Positions 36,401-49,620 of a stretch of DNA of 64,000 bases are shown here, piece by piece. The stretch comes from Felis catus. Taxonomy: Eukaryota. The notes beneath the pieces were generated by a model. That model had not been told where the DNA came from. It saw only the letters and a program-made list of their open reading frames with translations, and searched no databases. The DNA lies in the NCBI RefSeq assembly GCF_018350175.1, contig NC_058383.1, positions 20,710,001 to 20,774,000 of the forward strand, written 5' to 3'. Each line of letters begins with the position of its first letter. Position 1 is the first letter of the stretch. Made by a program: the position numbers and the translations under genes.

Positions 36401-37219
36401 GCATTTCTATGTCGTTGTTTGACTTTGTTACAGCGAATGGTCCACTATCACGAGCACTCACTAAATCCTGCCCACAAAGGACACCATGTCTGTTTATGAG
36501 CCCTTCACTCCTACCACGTTAGCCGAACTCCAGCAGGGCTGTCCTGACTCAGCCCAAATCCCTTCAGGTCTGCAAAGGACAAGGATGCAGAGCTAAAACG
36601 GAAGGACGTTTGCCTCCAGCATTACAGCACTAAATTCTTTGATGATGCGGGGAATAAAATGCTTATGAAATCCCTGTGGGAGTATGTGCTGTTGTAGCAG
36701 AATCACTGAAGATTCCTGGTCTGTCTAGGAACAGGAAAGACAGAGCCCAGGCAGAGGCAGTAGAAACAACTGTGGACGGGAAGTGAGAAGGGCAAGTTTG
36801 AGGTCTAGCTGTACCAATAACTGGCCGAGGTTCCTTTCCTCAGAATATCGTGGGAATATTCCCAGTATTCCAGGAACCATATGCGCCAAGACTATCCAAG
36901 AAACAGGACTTGAGATAGTCAATCCAGGACACTAATTAAAGTGGGATTAGAAAGGCTAGAAGCTGTAGGCACAGATGTTCAACAGTCAAGTGTGTGAAGA
37001 ACTAGAGCTGGGCAAAGAAGGGGAACCCAGGCAAAGCCTCGTGTGGAAAAGGATGTTGGTTCATGCATGGCTTATGAACAAAATCTGAAGGTTCAAAATT
37101 CAGACCACTGCACTATTGTCCTTGCAACTTGGGGTAGAGGGCCGATGTCGATGGGACATCTAGTAAGTCATTTTGCATGTTCAAAAGTACACCTTGGCTT
37201 CACAGAATGGACTTGATTT

Positions 37220-37418
37220 GGGAGCGCCTGGGTGGCTCGGCCGGTTGAGCATCCAACTCTTGATTTCAGCTCAGGTCATCACGATCTCATAGTTTGTGGG
37301 TTCCAGCTCCACCTCGGGCTCTGTGCTGAGCATGGGGCCTGCTTAAGAATCTCTTCTTCCTCCCTGTGCCCCTCTCCCTGGCTCACGTTCTCTCTCTCTA
37401 AAATAAAATTAAAAAAAA
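37220..37418 (+). mobile_element. Can-SINE
   Basis: TSD AATG(G/A)ACTTGATTT. Confidence 0.93.
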
Positions 37419-37516
37419 ATGAACTTGATTTTATTCTTATTGCTAACTTCCCCAGAATCGATCCCTGGTATTCTCTTTGTTCTGCTAGGACTACACTTTT
37501 CTCAGCATCTTGGATG

Positions 37517-37558
37517 GGAGGAGGAGGAGGAGGAAGAAGAGGAGGAGGAGGAGGAGGA
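37517..37558. repeat. (GGA)n purine-rich microsatellite
   Basis: GGAGGAGGAGGAGGAGGAAGAAGAGGAGGAGGAGGAGGAGGA. Confidence 0.95.
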
Positions 37559-38708
37559 CGGATACTGGTTGTAATCATAGTATTTAGTGAGTACATGTTA
37601 TGTGCTGGACATTGTTCTAAGCCAGGGTATTTGTGTTAATGCGCTTAATCACAGCAACCCTGAAAAGAGTGTGGGAGAGATTCTCAGTGTTGGCTAATGA
37701 CACCTCCACATCTCCCAGCCTGCCTTGGTTTGGTCGGCCGTGAACCTTCTGAATGGAGAACAGTACGTGTCACTCCAGGGTGCGGTGGCCAAGTGTCTAA
37801 CTTGCCTCCCCCGTGTCTTCACATCTGGACTTCAAGGCTGAGGAGCTCAGAGTAGCGAGGCCAAATGAGAGACACAGCTGGACCCCTGAGTTACTGCTTG
37901 GAGGGGAGCTGTCCAAGAAAGACGTGAGACCTTCATCAGTCTGTATCTCCAAGAGGTGTTTGTCGCATTAGTTAGTTCGTTTTTTTTTAACGGAAGCTAC
38001 CATGGACGAACCACCCTGACGAAAAGAGGTGGATACTGTTATCATGTCCACTTTACAGACAAGATCGATCAGATCACGATCATGTACCATCGAGTTTCGC
38101 TCAGGAGAATGGATCCCGTTCTCTTCTTTCTCCCAAACATGCAGGACACAAGAAAGATGCAGTAGACTCTCCCAGGGACCGCTTGGAGGCCCGTTTCCTC
38201 TATTTGCCCTCTTAGGTGCTGGAATAGGTAGACTTTGGCTACGGCAGTGGCAGAGAGGAGGACGGTCCAAACGTTCACAGCTTAATCCTTGGACACTTTC
38301 AGCAGTGAGCTTGGGGAGGAAGCGCAGTGAGCAACCATCACCCCAGTTTCTCTGGGCAGAATCTCCTCCCTCTGTGTTCCCCTTGGGAGCTCCTGGGGAG
38401 GGGTGCTGGGCTGGGCAAGGCAAGTGAATAAAACCTCACTGTGATTTTTAACTTGTATTATCTCATTTTCAACCTCCCAACAACTCTGCATCTTGCTCAT
38501 GTTTCCGAAAGGGTCCCCGGGTCCCCACCATAGGACCCAGAGGCCCAGGCTCTGATTATAACATCACTGGGCCAAGACCACAGGGCGAGTCGCGGCCATG
38601 GCAGGTATGCAGTGGTGACTTTCAGGTCATGAACCTCAACCAACTCAAAGCACAGTTCTTCTGGGACAAGACAGATCCTGGACTTCTTGAAGAAAAGTAG
38701 CACTTGTA

Positions 38709-38905
38709 GGGGCACCTGGGGGGCTCAGTCGGTTAAGCATCTGACTCTTGACTTTGGCTCAGGTCATGAGCTCATGGTTCATGAGTTCGAGCCCTGCGTC
38801 GGGCTCTGTGCTGACAGTGCAGAACCTGCCTGGGATTCTCTCTCTCCTTCTCTGTCCCTCCCCCGCTCTCTCTTTCTCACAAAATAAATAAATAAACTTA
38901 AAAAC
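38709..38905 (+). mobile_element. Can-SINE
   Basis: TSD AAGTAGCACTTG. Confidence 0.95.
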
Positions 38906-38949
38906 TTCAAGTAGCACTTGAAAAGCTGGGACTCTGAATCCCCACAGGA

Positions 38950-39420
38950 TCACTTCAGGGGTTGGGTTGACCCCGGCAGGATTTACTTCCCGCCCTCTGA
39001 TCGCTCTGACCGACCGAATGTGGTGCGGGTGACATTCCGGGGGGTCCGAGCTCAGACGTTAGGAGGGCCTGGCATCCTCTGCTCTTGAGTTCTTGGGGGG
39101 AAAGTCGGCCACCGTGTTAGGAGGGCCGACTACCCCGCCATGCCAGGAGAAGCCAACACTGGCCACGCGTGGAAGCCACGTGAAGGAAAAACGTCCCTTC
39201 TGGCCACCGAGCTCCAGCCAAAAGCCACCGCTGGTCTGCCAACCCTGTGACCGACGCCGTCTTAGAAGCAGACCCTCCCACCTCGGTGAGCCAGCCCAAC
39301 TGGGGCCCCGCCCGCCAAAGCCACGTCTTCCTGACTGCTCTCTCTGCTCAGACTGCAGAATCGTAACCAACACTACGATCGTCCCCACTCCGTTTCGATG
39401 TGGTTGTTACGCAGGAAAGA
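38950..39420 (+). mobile_element. MaLR LTR (MLT1F/G-like), CpG-rich
   Basis: GAGGGCCTGGCATCCTCTGCTCTTG...GAGAAGCCAA...GAGCCAGCCCAAC...GACTGCAGAATCGT...GTGGTTGTTACGCAG. Confidence 0.65.
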
Positions 39421-41379
39421 CGGCCAGAAATCCCCACGGCGTGTGGCCCATCGGAGCAGCTACGATTCTGAATGTTTATCATCGTCGCGTTCTTTGCCTC
39501 CCTCCCTGATTCGACTCCTTCGGCCTCGCGGCCTGGAGCCTAGAACGGTGCCCGGCACACAGGGGAGGGACGCAGAGTCCCTGCGGAGAGAAGTGCACTG
39601 TGACGCTAAGCCAATCTTCCTCCGCCCGAGCTGCCGCCCACACACCCGCGGGACTACTGGGGGCCTGGCCGCCCCGGGGTGGGCCACCTCCCGACGAGGA
39701 GAGTCTAAGGCAAGGCAAGTACCCGGTCACCCCCGCATCGGCCAACAGCCGTCCGTCTGTCTGCACGTCCACTGCGCCTCGGAAGGCACAGCCGGCCCCC
39801 AGGAAACAACTGAGCGGGGCCGAACAACGAACTGCCTTCCTTTCCCTGGCTGTTTTGCAAACTCAAAGTGCCGTGTTGAGAGGGCCGGGGAAGGCTCGCT
39901 GGTCTTTCGGAGGCTACACAGCTGAGATATGACGTCATTAAACAGGTCCCCGCAGTGATGGCCCGCTGCTCCGAACCGAACACAGCTCTTTTCCTTTCCT
40001 GACCTTTCCTAGAGAAAACGCAGGACAAGGAGCTCGGGCTGGTGATGTGCTATGTGGCTTTGACTCCGGAAGGCTCCCCTCCAAAGGAGGGCCCCGGGGA
40101 GGGCCGCGAGTGCAGAGCCCTGGCCAGCGCTGAGCGCAGAGTACTCCGGAATCCCCATTCTTCACCTTCCCCCCGTCCTCACCATGACCCTCTGGGCTCT
40201 GCTCTCCTCCCCACTGACATATTACAGCAGCTTCCTTCTCTCCGGTTTCACCCAGATCCCACGCCGAACCCCGTGCTTAAATCACATCCCTCTCCCTTTT
40301 GTTCCCAGGGACACAAACATGATCACACCATCCTCCTGCTTCTGGAAGGTACCCCCAGGAAATGAAAGTGTTTCATAGTCTGCTCTCACCATTTCCCCTT
40401 CACCTGTCCCCTCCCATAGCTCAGAGATGGGCCACCCTCCTAATTTTGGCCAGAGAGACTTCATAAACGGGATTCTGGGAAAGGTTTTCCTCCATGAAAA
40501 ACAGAGAAACCGTAAATGCAAACCGGCAGACAGAAAGGATGCCTGCCAAACGTGGACTAGAAAGTCACGCTTAAGACTTCCGAGCTACCGAGGAGGTTTA
40601 TTGCACCTCGAGGACCCTCTGTAGAACCTGTCTTGTGCAGTCTCCTAGCACATTCCCAGGACTCCCAGCGCATCCCTAACCGTTGGCCAACCAGACCCCG
40701 TCTGAACAATTTTAGGAAAAGGCACCTGTGCTAGGGGGCCAAGGTACCTCTAAGGTTATCCGGGCTCGCGTTTAGCAGACCAAGAAAAGCTTTGAGTGGC
40801 CGGGGAGGGATGTAGTGGGCTTTTCACAAATGCCTCGTTCTGAGTCCCGCTGGGTGGGGCCACCCAATCTCTGGCCCAGCCTTGGGCTTTGCTGGCTTTG
40901 CCAGAAGGGACTCTGGCTCACCCCCTCGTGGCGATCTTTAGAAAAACTATTCCACAAGCCCAATCACTGCTCTCATCCCGTCCAAAGTTTCTGTCTTTGC
41001 CAAGACTCAGGCTTTCTGGGCATTAGACTGAGTTCCTTCAACCATTTGTAACATCTGATTTCTAAACCTCTCACCGGCGTATAACAGGTAAGAGCTGGGG
41101 AGCTGGAAAGGCATCAGGGTTCGTATCTTGACTTCTCCTTCATTAAAGAAGCATTGACTCATTCATTCAAGAAGCATCTTCTGAGAGCTTCCTGCCAGGT
41201 TTCAGGTACCGGGTGTCAGGCAATGAACACAACAGAAAGGTCGTGAAGCCTACCTTCTCGTGCATGGGCATGTCTGTGTGTGTGTTGGGGGGCGGGTTGT
41301 ATAACAAGTAAGTAAGTATGTGCTAGCTTCTCTTTACCACCATCACCACCACCATCGTCATCACATCATCACTCAATGC

Positions 41380-42260
41380 CTCACTTGCGATGACGTCTGG
41401 CTGTGAGTGACAAAAACCCCAATGACGTCTTACGCCAAATAGATTTTTTTCCTTGACGTAAAATCTAAAGGTAAGCCGCCCGAGCCTTGTGTGATGGCCG
41501 CACAGTCTTGGCAAATGCTGCTGGCCAGGGCCTTTATATCCCGTTACGTATTCGCCGTTCCCAAAGATGCTGACAGCTCCAGACTGCGAGCATCTCGGAC
41601 TCTCTGCCCTTTCTCTGGCCCCGGCAGAATGTTCGGTCCGACGAAAGCCTGGGAGTGGCAGGGAGTAATGGCCCCACGAGGAACCCTCACCCGATGGCGG
41701 AGAGGCGCTGGTGTATAAATACCCCGGCCCTCCCTCCTTTCAAGCAGAGCACCTCTGAGGCCCACGCTATACAGCTGCCCTGAGACCCCTCAGCCCAATG
41801 GACCCACCCCAACCTGCTTGTTTCCACACCCTGCACTAGCTTCCTTCCTCTTCTATCTCACGTCCCCCTCCCGGATCAGTGCTTCCCCGGGGCCACTTGG
41901 CCAATCAATTAACCTCCTCTCAAATCTCTGACGCAAGGGTCTGCTCTTCTGGGGAAAGCTAACGGAACACACGGCCTAAGACGGCCACTAATGCTCTGCC
42001 CACCTCACCCGCATTCCAGCCAGCAGGAAGGAGGAAGCAGGGAGACAGGGTGAATCGCCTCCCGTTAAAGGACAGGTCTCGGGACTTCTACAGGTGCTCA
42101 GTTGGCGCTCCACTGGGCACAATTTACATGGTTTCAGTGGTCAGTGAAGGAAACTGGGAGGTTTAATTCTTACTCTGGGTGGCCCTACGGGACCAGGCTT
42201 GCTATTATTAAGGTAGAAGCAGAAAATGGTTTGGATAGGCTAGCTCATCAGAATGCAGGG
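41380..42260. mobile_element. MLT1-type LTR (minus) with nested LTR16-like LTR (~41600-41980)
   Basis: GGCTGTGAGTGACAAAAACCCC start; insert has TATAAATACCCC and ends CAAATCTCTGACGCAAGGGTCTGCTCTTCTGGGGAA. Confidence 0.5.
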
Positions 42261-42713
42261 AATAGGAGAGGCAGAGCCTCGGGGCGTAGGCTGGGGACCC
42301 AGGAGCAGGTGTGTGGGCTCCTGATGAACCATAAATAGCTTCTCACAAAGCTCCTCCCCGGCAGCCCTTTGAGCCATCCCACCTTGGCACCTGCCCCCCC
42401 CACCTGCTCCCCAGCACAGGCGAAGCATCACGTACTCAGTCTCTCCAATCCTGGGAGGAAAGCCAGGACTTGTGCACTAAAAAGATGTGGCACGACACGC
42501 GGCTAGCGACACACGAGTGGTCCAGGAGGGAAAGCCACCGCGGGAGGCTCTTGGGACGCGACAAACTCACCAATCATCGGTGTGGCAAGGAGATGGGGAG
42601 GTTTAAGAACACGTCCATTGAATGCTTACCATATGTTGCAACGAACTACCCAGAGAGTCTTTTAAGCTTCCTCGGCCACTCTGTGAAGGTTTCATCTGGG
42701 GGACTGCTTTAAT

Positions 42714-42886
42714 TCTTTTAACGTTTATTTACTTTTGAGAGACAGAGCATGAGCAGGGGAGGGGCAGAGAGAGAGGGAGACACAGGATCCGAAGCAGGTT
42801 CCAGGCTCTGAGCTGTCAGCACGGAGCCCGACGCGGGGCTCGACCCCACGAACCGCAAGATCGTGACTGAGCCACCCAGGTGTCCC
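42714..42886 (-). mobile_element. Can-SINE with internal head deletion
   Basis: GATCGTGACTGAGCCACCCAGG lacks the usual CTGAGCCGAAGTCGGACGCTTAACCGA segment. Confidence 0.93.
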
Positions 42887-42901
42887 TGGAGCTCGATTTT
42901 A

Positions 42902-43100
42902 ACATTTATTTTGAGACAGAGAGAGACAGAGCATCAATGGGGGAGGGTCAGAGAGAGAGAGGGAGACACAGAATCCGAAACAGGCTCTGGGCTCCGAGCC
43001 GTCAGCACAGAGCCCGACGCGGGGCTTGAACCCACGAACCGCGAGATCATGACCTGAGCCTAAGTCGGATGCTCAACCGACTGAGCCACCCAGGCGCCCC
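42902..43100 (-). mobile_element. Can-SINE
   Basis: TSD CTGGAGCTCGATTTTAA at 42886-42902 and 43101-43117. Confidence 0.96.
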
Positions 43101-43215
43101 CTGGAGCTCGATTTTAAAGATGACGCCGCGAAGGCTTCGACAGACAGAATAACCAGCCCTCAGTCACACAGCCAGTAAGAGACACACGATATGATTTTTA
43201 AAAATACGAATAACA

Positions 43216-43440
43216 GGGGCGTCTGAATGGCTCGGTCGGTTAAGCATCCGACTCCTGATCTCAGCTCAGGTCGCGGTCTCACAGGTGCGTGAGTTTGAGT
43301 TCTGAGTTCGGCTCTGTGTTGGCAGTATGGAGCCCGCTCGGATTCTCTCTCTCCCTCTCTCTCTCTCTCTGCCCCTCCCCTGCTCATCCTCATTCTCTTT
43401 CTCTCTCAAAATAAATACATAAGTAAATAAGCTTAAACCA
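43216..43440 (+). mobile_element. Can-SINE
   Basis: SINE head, (CT)n and A-rich tail. Confidence 0.92.
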
Positions 43441-45251
43441 AATGAATAACAATAACGCGTACTTTATGTGCTAGGCCCAGGGCTGAGTGAGTACCTGTCT
43501 TGCCGAAGCCACGTAGAACTCACAATTAAGCCCCAAGCCCTTGAGGAGGTACGCCTGCCATTTCTACGTTACCAATGAACAAACTTGAGACCGGGAGGTT
43601 AAGAAGCCGGAAAAGAGTAACACGAAGATTTCAAAGACTGTCGTGCAGCCACCAGTCAGGTGCCTGGATCCTCTCTATGCACCTGTCTGCCCACGGTCGC
43701 ATGGCCCTCCCCTAAAAATGGCCAAGGTCGGGCACAAGGTCCTTGACTAGCCCCTCCTTTCCTGGAGGAAGCCAGCAGAACAGCGCCTGGTGTTTAGGTC
43801 CCGGACTGTGAGCTCCCCACGGTAAGGAACATTATTTCTTAGACTGGACGGCCCACACCAGAGCGTGCCCCAGGACACAGCTCCAAAAACATCTCCTGAA
43901 AAGGATCATAGAGTTTTCACGGGACCCCCAAACACTAATCTCCTTTTGACGGTTTTCCGACCGCTTCGAAATGTAAAACCCCTTCCTGGCCCACGAGCTA
44001 TGTACAAAGTCAGGGGGCAGGCCAGATGTGGCTCATGGGCCAGGGTTTTCCAACCCCTGCGCAAGGATCTGGAAAACTCTCTGGCCAGAAGCGATGTTTG
44101 AATGCTCCGTTTTTCTTTCCCACTTAGAAAGTGGCTAAACGACAGGACCTTGCGCTGTTTTTTTGTTTTGCTTTTTCGTTTTTTAATAGGGCGGAGAAGG
44201 TTAGAACATTCACGTCTAAGTTCTGGGCTGGCCCCCCTCATCTCCTAGGGCAGACACACTGATGCTTACAGCCTAAATATCAGAACGCAAGGCAGGGTCC
44301 ATAAGGAAAGGGCCCATAAGCCTCGCCAAGGAGGTCGAACTTCCTTCGAGTTGCCATTTGGGTGCGTGGTACAACGGGACAGCTCCCCGTGATTAGCGGG
44401 CCAGGGTTTTCTTGCCCCGTATCTGCATCACGGCACAGAGAGGTTGAGCGACTTGGCCCGTATCACCCAGCCTGTAGCCGGAATCCCCATCAGGGGTGCC
44501 CGGCGCCAGTTTCTAGGCACGGCCCATCCTGGGCTGGAGAGCAGAGCCAGGAACCACAGCGGGCTTCCCACTGGCCACGTCGGCAGTGGCTCCGAGCTGC
44601 CTGCTGCATACTTGAGTGCTTCAGGCTTGATCCAGGCACTCCCACTGTCTTCGGCCTAAATCCGTCCACAGCCCAACGATGCCAGGAGGCCGGTGCCCTA
44701 GCAGCAAGGTGGGAGGTGGTGGGGGGGGGGGGGGGGAGGAGGCAGCTCTTTCCGAGGGAGGGATTGATTAAAAACTCCAGTGGGACGCCCCTGGATATAA
44801 TTCCTGTTTCCTACAAAAACCCCCAGCACGTGCTGCTCAGGAGGAGACGTGCCCAGTAGGGCTGGGGCTGAGGAGTTGAGCCACAGGCTATGTTTTCAAA
44901 AACAATGGCAAGGGGGCTCAAAGCTGGCACTGTGGGTCTTTCCCAGGGCGGGCTTGGGGCAGGGGGCAAAACAAATGCTATTTTCCTTAATCCTCGGGAC
45001 AACTCCAGGAGGTGGGGTTTCTTGCGCTTAGCCTGCAAGATAAAGGGACTGAACTAAGCTGATCAATGCATCCTGCTGGGCAAACGTGTTCAACTCCAAA
45101 GCGCAGGCTCTCCTACCTCCTGGGCTCAGGAGTACAGCTCCGAGGTGTCCAACCGGGACTTTGATCCCCCTTCCACTTGCAATGGCTCAACAGCCACTGG
45201 CCCAGACATGTTTGAAATGACCCGACCGATGGTTTAAAAACAGCCCTTTCA

Positions 45252-45450
45252 GGGGCACCTGCGTGGCTCAGTCAGTTGAGCGTCCGACTTCAGCTCAGGC
45301 CGTGCTTTCACGGTTCGTGAGTTCGAGGCCCGCAGTGGACTCTGTGCTGTCAGCCATGAAGCCCTCTTGGGATCCTCCGTCCCCTCTCTCCCTGCCCCTC
45401 CACTGCTCGCGCTCTCTCTCAAAAATAAATAAAACAATTAAAAATTAAAT
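45252..45450 (+). mobile_element. Can-SINE
   Basis: SINE head, body and tail. Confidence 0.93.
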
Positions 45451-45573
45451 AAATATTCCATGCAAAGCGTAGTCTGCTCTATTTGGCGCCAAACACTCAT
45501 TCATTCATCTGGTCCCCCATCCATCCATCCAAATACCTATCTATCCATCCAATGAATCAATCATTCTTTCACT

Positions 45574-45770
45574 TTTTTTTTTAAGTTTTATTTATATATT
45601 TTTGAGAGAGAGAGAGAGAGAGACAGGGGCAGAGACAGAGAGGGGAAGAGACAGAATCCCAAGCAGGCTCCCCACTGTCAGTGCAGATCACGTGGCTCAA
45701 ACCTCAAGATCATGATCTGAGCTGAAACCAGGAGTGGACGCCTAACCGACTGAGCCACCCAGGCATCCCC
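45574..45770 (-). mobile_element. Can-SINE inside an L2 tail
   Basis: Reverse SINE; flanked by (TCAT)/(CCAT)n L2 end. Confidence 0.92.
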
Positions 45771-46197
45771 GGTCGTCCTTTTAACCACGTGATAAATACT
45801 GCCCGAGCGTCCCCCTTTTAGTCAGGTCCTACACTAGCCCCGAAGAGGAAAAGTACAAAGATGAATTAAGATCTGGTCCCCGTCCACTCCCAAGGGTCAA
45901 CAGTTTAGAGGAGGGAGGTTCCAGAGTCTGCTGGTGAGAACCAGTTGTGGGGAAGAAGGGCAGGTGCAGACCTTGCAAAAAGGCCACCAAAAGCCAGAGA
46001 AGAGGTGGCGGTCTCCCTGGACAGGAATGAATCTGTGTTCCCTGATTACCCCCACCTCTTTTCCCTCGAGCCCACTTCCCTCACCGATGACGGTTTGATC
46101 GTTCCCTTAAGAGATCCCTAAGAGATCTCCCTAAGAGATCCGTGGGTCAGAGCACGGATGTCACAAATTGGTGAAACAGAGGGAAGTTGGGAAAAAA

Positions 46198-46217
46198 TTT
46201 TTTTAAGTTTATTTAGT

Positions 46218-46266
<49 letters not shown>

Positions 46267-46428
46267 AAGCGGGAGCGGGAGAGGGGCAGAGAGAGAGGGA
46301 AGCAGGGAATCCCAAGCGGGCTCCTGGCTGACAGCACAGAGCCCGACGTAGGGCTTGACTTCACGAACCGCAAGATCATGACCCGACCCGAAATCAAGGC
46401 TCAACCGACTGAGCCACCCAGGCGCCCC
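46198..46428 (-). mobile_element. Can-SINE with expanded (GA)n (46221-46265)
   Basis: Reverse SINE with about 22 GA units. Confidence 0.95.
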
Positions 46429-46557
46429 TTTGTGAAATTGCTTTTTTTAAGTTGGGAAGAATTGTTCACCTGAACTGTCTTGGGAAAGGACATGCAGGAA
46501 AGCATGTTGGGTTCCTTGGGGTGTTCAAGGAGACCCTGACGGCCATCCATCCCTCTG

Positions 46558-46974
46558 CGACAAGACTCACACCTTGCCCAAACTTTGGCAGGCTCCACTT
46601 TTGACCTGTTTAGCCCAGTATTAGCCGGAATCGTGCAAGGTCGGGTTAGCAAAAATCCCCCACCTTTGCTATCTGATCAGATTCCTCATCTCTTAGCCTT
46701 GATATTTTATTACCCTGCTCTGTCTTCGTCAAGAATCCTGTTGAATCCGTTTAGCCAGAACCACCCCCCTGATCCTTGATCCTTCCTCTTAGTAATTTTC
46801 CACCCACTGACCCCCCTGCCCTACCCTGCCGCTCGGCTACAACCCCCTCCTTTCCCTGTTGTACCTGGAAGGGAGCCCCATTCTGTACTGAGGTCTCTCT
46901 TCCCCTAGTGCAGTACTCCCGAGTAGATGGCCTTGACCGCTCTAACTTCTGTCTGGCTCTGGCTTTCTCTGACA
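46558..46974 (+). mobile_element. ERV1 solo LTR (MER31/MER67-like)
   Basis: GACAAGACTC...CAAACTTT; repeated AAGAATCC/TTAGC units; CCTCTTAGTAATTTTCCACCCACTGACCCC; ends TCTCTGACA. Confidence 0.8.
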
Positions 46975-48239
46975 CACAGATGCCACAGAAGGAAGGTCCT
47001 CATGGAGAAGATTCATTTGTTCATTCGAACACCACCCAGGAGATGATACCTGCTCTGAAAACCAGGGTATCCGAGGGGTTCTGAGTCACAGGGAGTAACA
47101 AATACCATCTGGACGCGTAGAATCTTCGGGCCGATTGCCAAGGCAATGCTCTCAGCCTCAGACACCAGCATCTATGAACAGGCAAGCTACTACATGTTTC
47201 CTTGCTTCAGTTTCCCTGTCTGTAAAAAACAGACCTGTTTCAGCAGCACTGCAGACGGGGGAGAGGATCGAGCCAGACGAGCAGTGTCCGCGCGGGGCAC
47301 GTGGCTGGCACACCCCAACCCTCACCGGGTGCCCGTAGCGGTCGTCACCGTCATCGGCGTGAGCGAAGGGACAAGGAGACAGACGCATAGAGCGTCTGAA
47401 TCCCAGGACAGGAATGGAGCCCCTGGCGTTTTACACAATCCCTAAACTCAAGAATCGATACGAGTCATGAGAACACGGGGGCATGGAGAGATCGATGTCG
47501 AGGGGGCCAAAGGCAGGAGAAATTATTTCCAGCGTGGGGCATAACGGGTCTTCAGAGAATGACGGGGTGTTTGGGATCAGGCCACCGCGAAGATTTATGC
47601 CCAGAGAGGGTCGTAAATGGCATTTTAAGATGGGAGCGTAGCACCCACACATGCCACGTTTAAAGGCGACACTGGCCGGCATCCGTTGCCCGCAACCCTA
47701 AAACCCAAATCGCTCTCCGATCTGACAGACAAGCGTGTGTAATTTTATAACTGCTCCCATTTTGTGTGAGCGATCGTGTCCCGTGGCAGGAGAGTCAAGA
47801 GTCTGGTTATAGGTCATTGCCCCAGAACCCACTGGGGACGTATCATATGGTGTATATATCACAGCGCCTTTCAGAAAACGAAATAAATTTCAAAACAGGT
47901 CCAGAGACGCCTCATTTGAGAGGAGATGAACCTGTATCAATAACCACCTAATATTTATTAAGCGCTTATCATATTCAGGCAATTCTCCGAGCCTTTAACG
48001 AAGTCGATCCTGGTGACGTAGGCAGGTGCTGTTATTATGCTGTTATTATTATTACTATTATTATGTTGTTTTATTGTTAATGGTTTTTGCACAGAGGAGA
48101 AACTGATACAAAAGGAGGCTCCTAACTTGCCCAGACTGGCACAGCTAAGAAGGTTCAAAGCCAGAGTAACAAAGCCTTGCCTCAAAGCCTGTATTCTGAA
48201 ATGTTACACTGTTAAATGTCACCTGGATATGCTATAGTG

Positions 48240-48620
48240 CCTTCAGAGTATCATACCATTTGCTTCTTGCCCTCTTTCTCCATGCTGGCTCCTTCCATGG
48301 GCCGGACTTCCCACCACACTGATGCCGGCCTGCTTTAGCCAACGAGACGTTATGAGAGGTGACAGGTGTACAGACTTTAAGTTCCTTTTGGGGTCTGACT
48401 TGGCCTCTCACGCTCTTGTGACTGGTGATGGAAAAAGCATGATCCACATAGCCGCACGAACCCCAGAAGGAGAGGCAAGCAGACCAGACCCGAACCCGAT
48501 TCAGAGGCCGAAGCAGAGCTGCTTCAGATTCGTGAAAGAGAAAATACTGGTCGTTATTACAAGCCACTGGGCTGTGGGCATTGTTTGTTACACAGCATTA
48601 TCACAGCAGTAGCTGCTTCA
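48240..48620 (+). mobile_element. MaLR LTR (MLT1H/I-like)
   Basis: Ends AAGCCACTGGGCTGTGGGCATTGTTTGTTACACAGCATTATCACAGCAGTAGCTG. Confidence 0.6.
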
Positions 48621-48705
48621 CTTGAATGGCGGAGATGAGGTGTTAAAAGCTGACATTAGCCACATGGGGAAATATCCTAAAAATAACAGTAAAGAAATCT
48701 TTAAA

Positions 48706-48917
48706 GTTTTTTTTAATGTTTATTTATTTTTGAGAAAGAAAGAGAGAGAGAACAAGGAGGAGAAGGGCAGAGAGAGAGGGAGACACAGAATCGGAAGCAG
48801 GCTCCAGGCTCCGAGCTGTCAGCACAGAGCCCGACGTGGGGCCTGAACTCAAGGACGGTGAGATCGTGACCTGAGCCGAAGTCGGACGCTCAACCGACGG
48901 AGCCACCCAGGTGCCCC
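48706..48917 (-). mobile_element. Can-SINE
   Basis: Reverse SINE. Confidence 0.95.
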
Positions 48918-49079
48918 TAATGTTAAAGATTTTTAATTTCATCCTGAGAGTGATGGAGTCTTCAAATGTTTCCATGCAAAGGGATAAGATAATAGCCATT
49001 CTTTTTCCTACGTTGCATCAGACTCCTATTTCCAAAAAAAAAAAGGAGTCACTATCTCTGTCCCCCACGACGACACACA

Positions 49080-49620
49080 CACTTAACGTTCACCAGTGAC
49101 TTTCCTTTGTTCTTAGGATAAAACCCCAAATCCTTAACAGAATTCAAAAGTCCTTCTGTCTGGACCAGAAATCTCCCCAGTCACACACCGTACTGTGCTT
49201 CCAAGCACACTGGCCTTCCTCTGGTTCACTGAATGTGCACTACTCCCTTTTTTTGGCCCCAGGACCTTTGCACGTGCTTCTCTTGCTGCTAGAAATGCTC
49301 TTTCCCTAACACTTTGCCTACTTAGCTCTCGGTTATGGTCACTTCCTTGTAAAAATCTCTCCTGAGCCTTTTGGTAGCTGCCTCAGCTCTATGTGTTCAG
49401 AAAGCCACGCACTTCTCTTTCATTTCAGTTACGCGGTTGTAGTTTGAGACACGTACATAAAATGGTATTCGTGTCTATCTTTGCCACTAAATTTTCTACT
49501 TCCTGAAAGCACCTGCAGGGTCTTTTATTCCCCTCCCCACATACCCTGGCTCTTCGTATCACCAGCATTAGCACAGTCCCTGATAGGAGGTTGATGCTCA
49601 GTAAAATTGGCTGAATGAAA
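49080..49620 (+). mobile_element. L2 3' end
   Basis: TTAGGATAAAACCCCAAATCCTTAAC...CACACTGGCCTTCCT...GGACCTTTGCAC...GCTCAGTAAAATTGGCTGAATGAA. Confidence 0.85.

Noticed and set aside
39398..39932. 175-aa ORF
   Set aside because: Spans the end of an MLT1 LTR and an L2 fragment in GC-rich DNA; no recognisable domain.
46103..46140. Three copies of CCTAAGAGAT-like unit; also short duplications at ~22608-22630 and 61149-61184
   Set aside because: Ordinary slippage duplications without unique spacers; not CRISPR-like.
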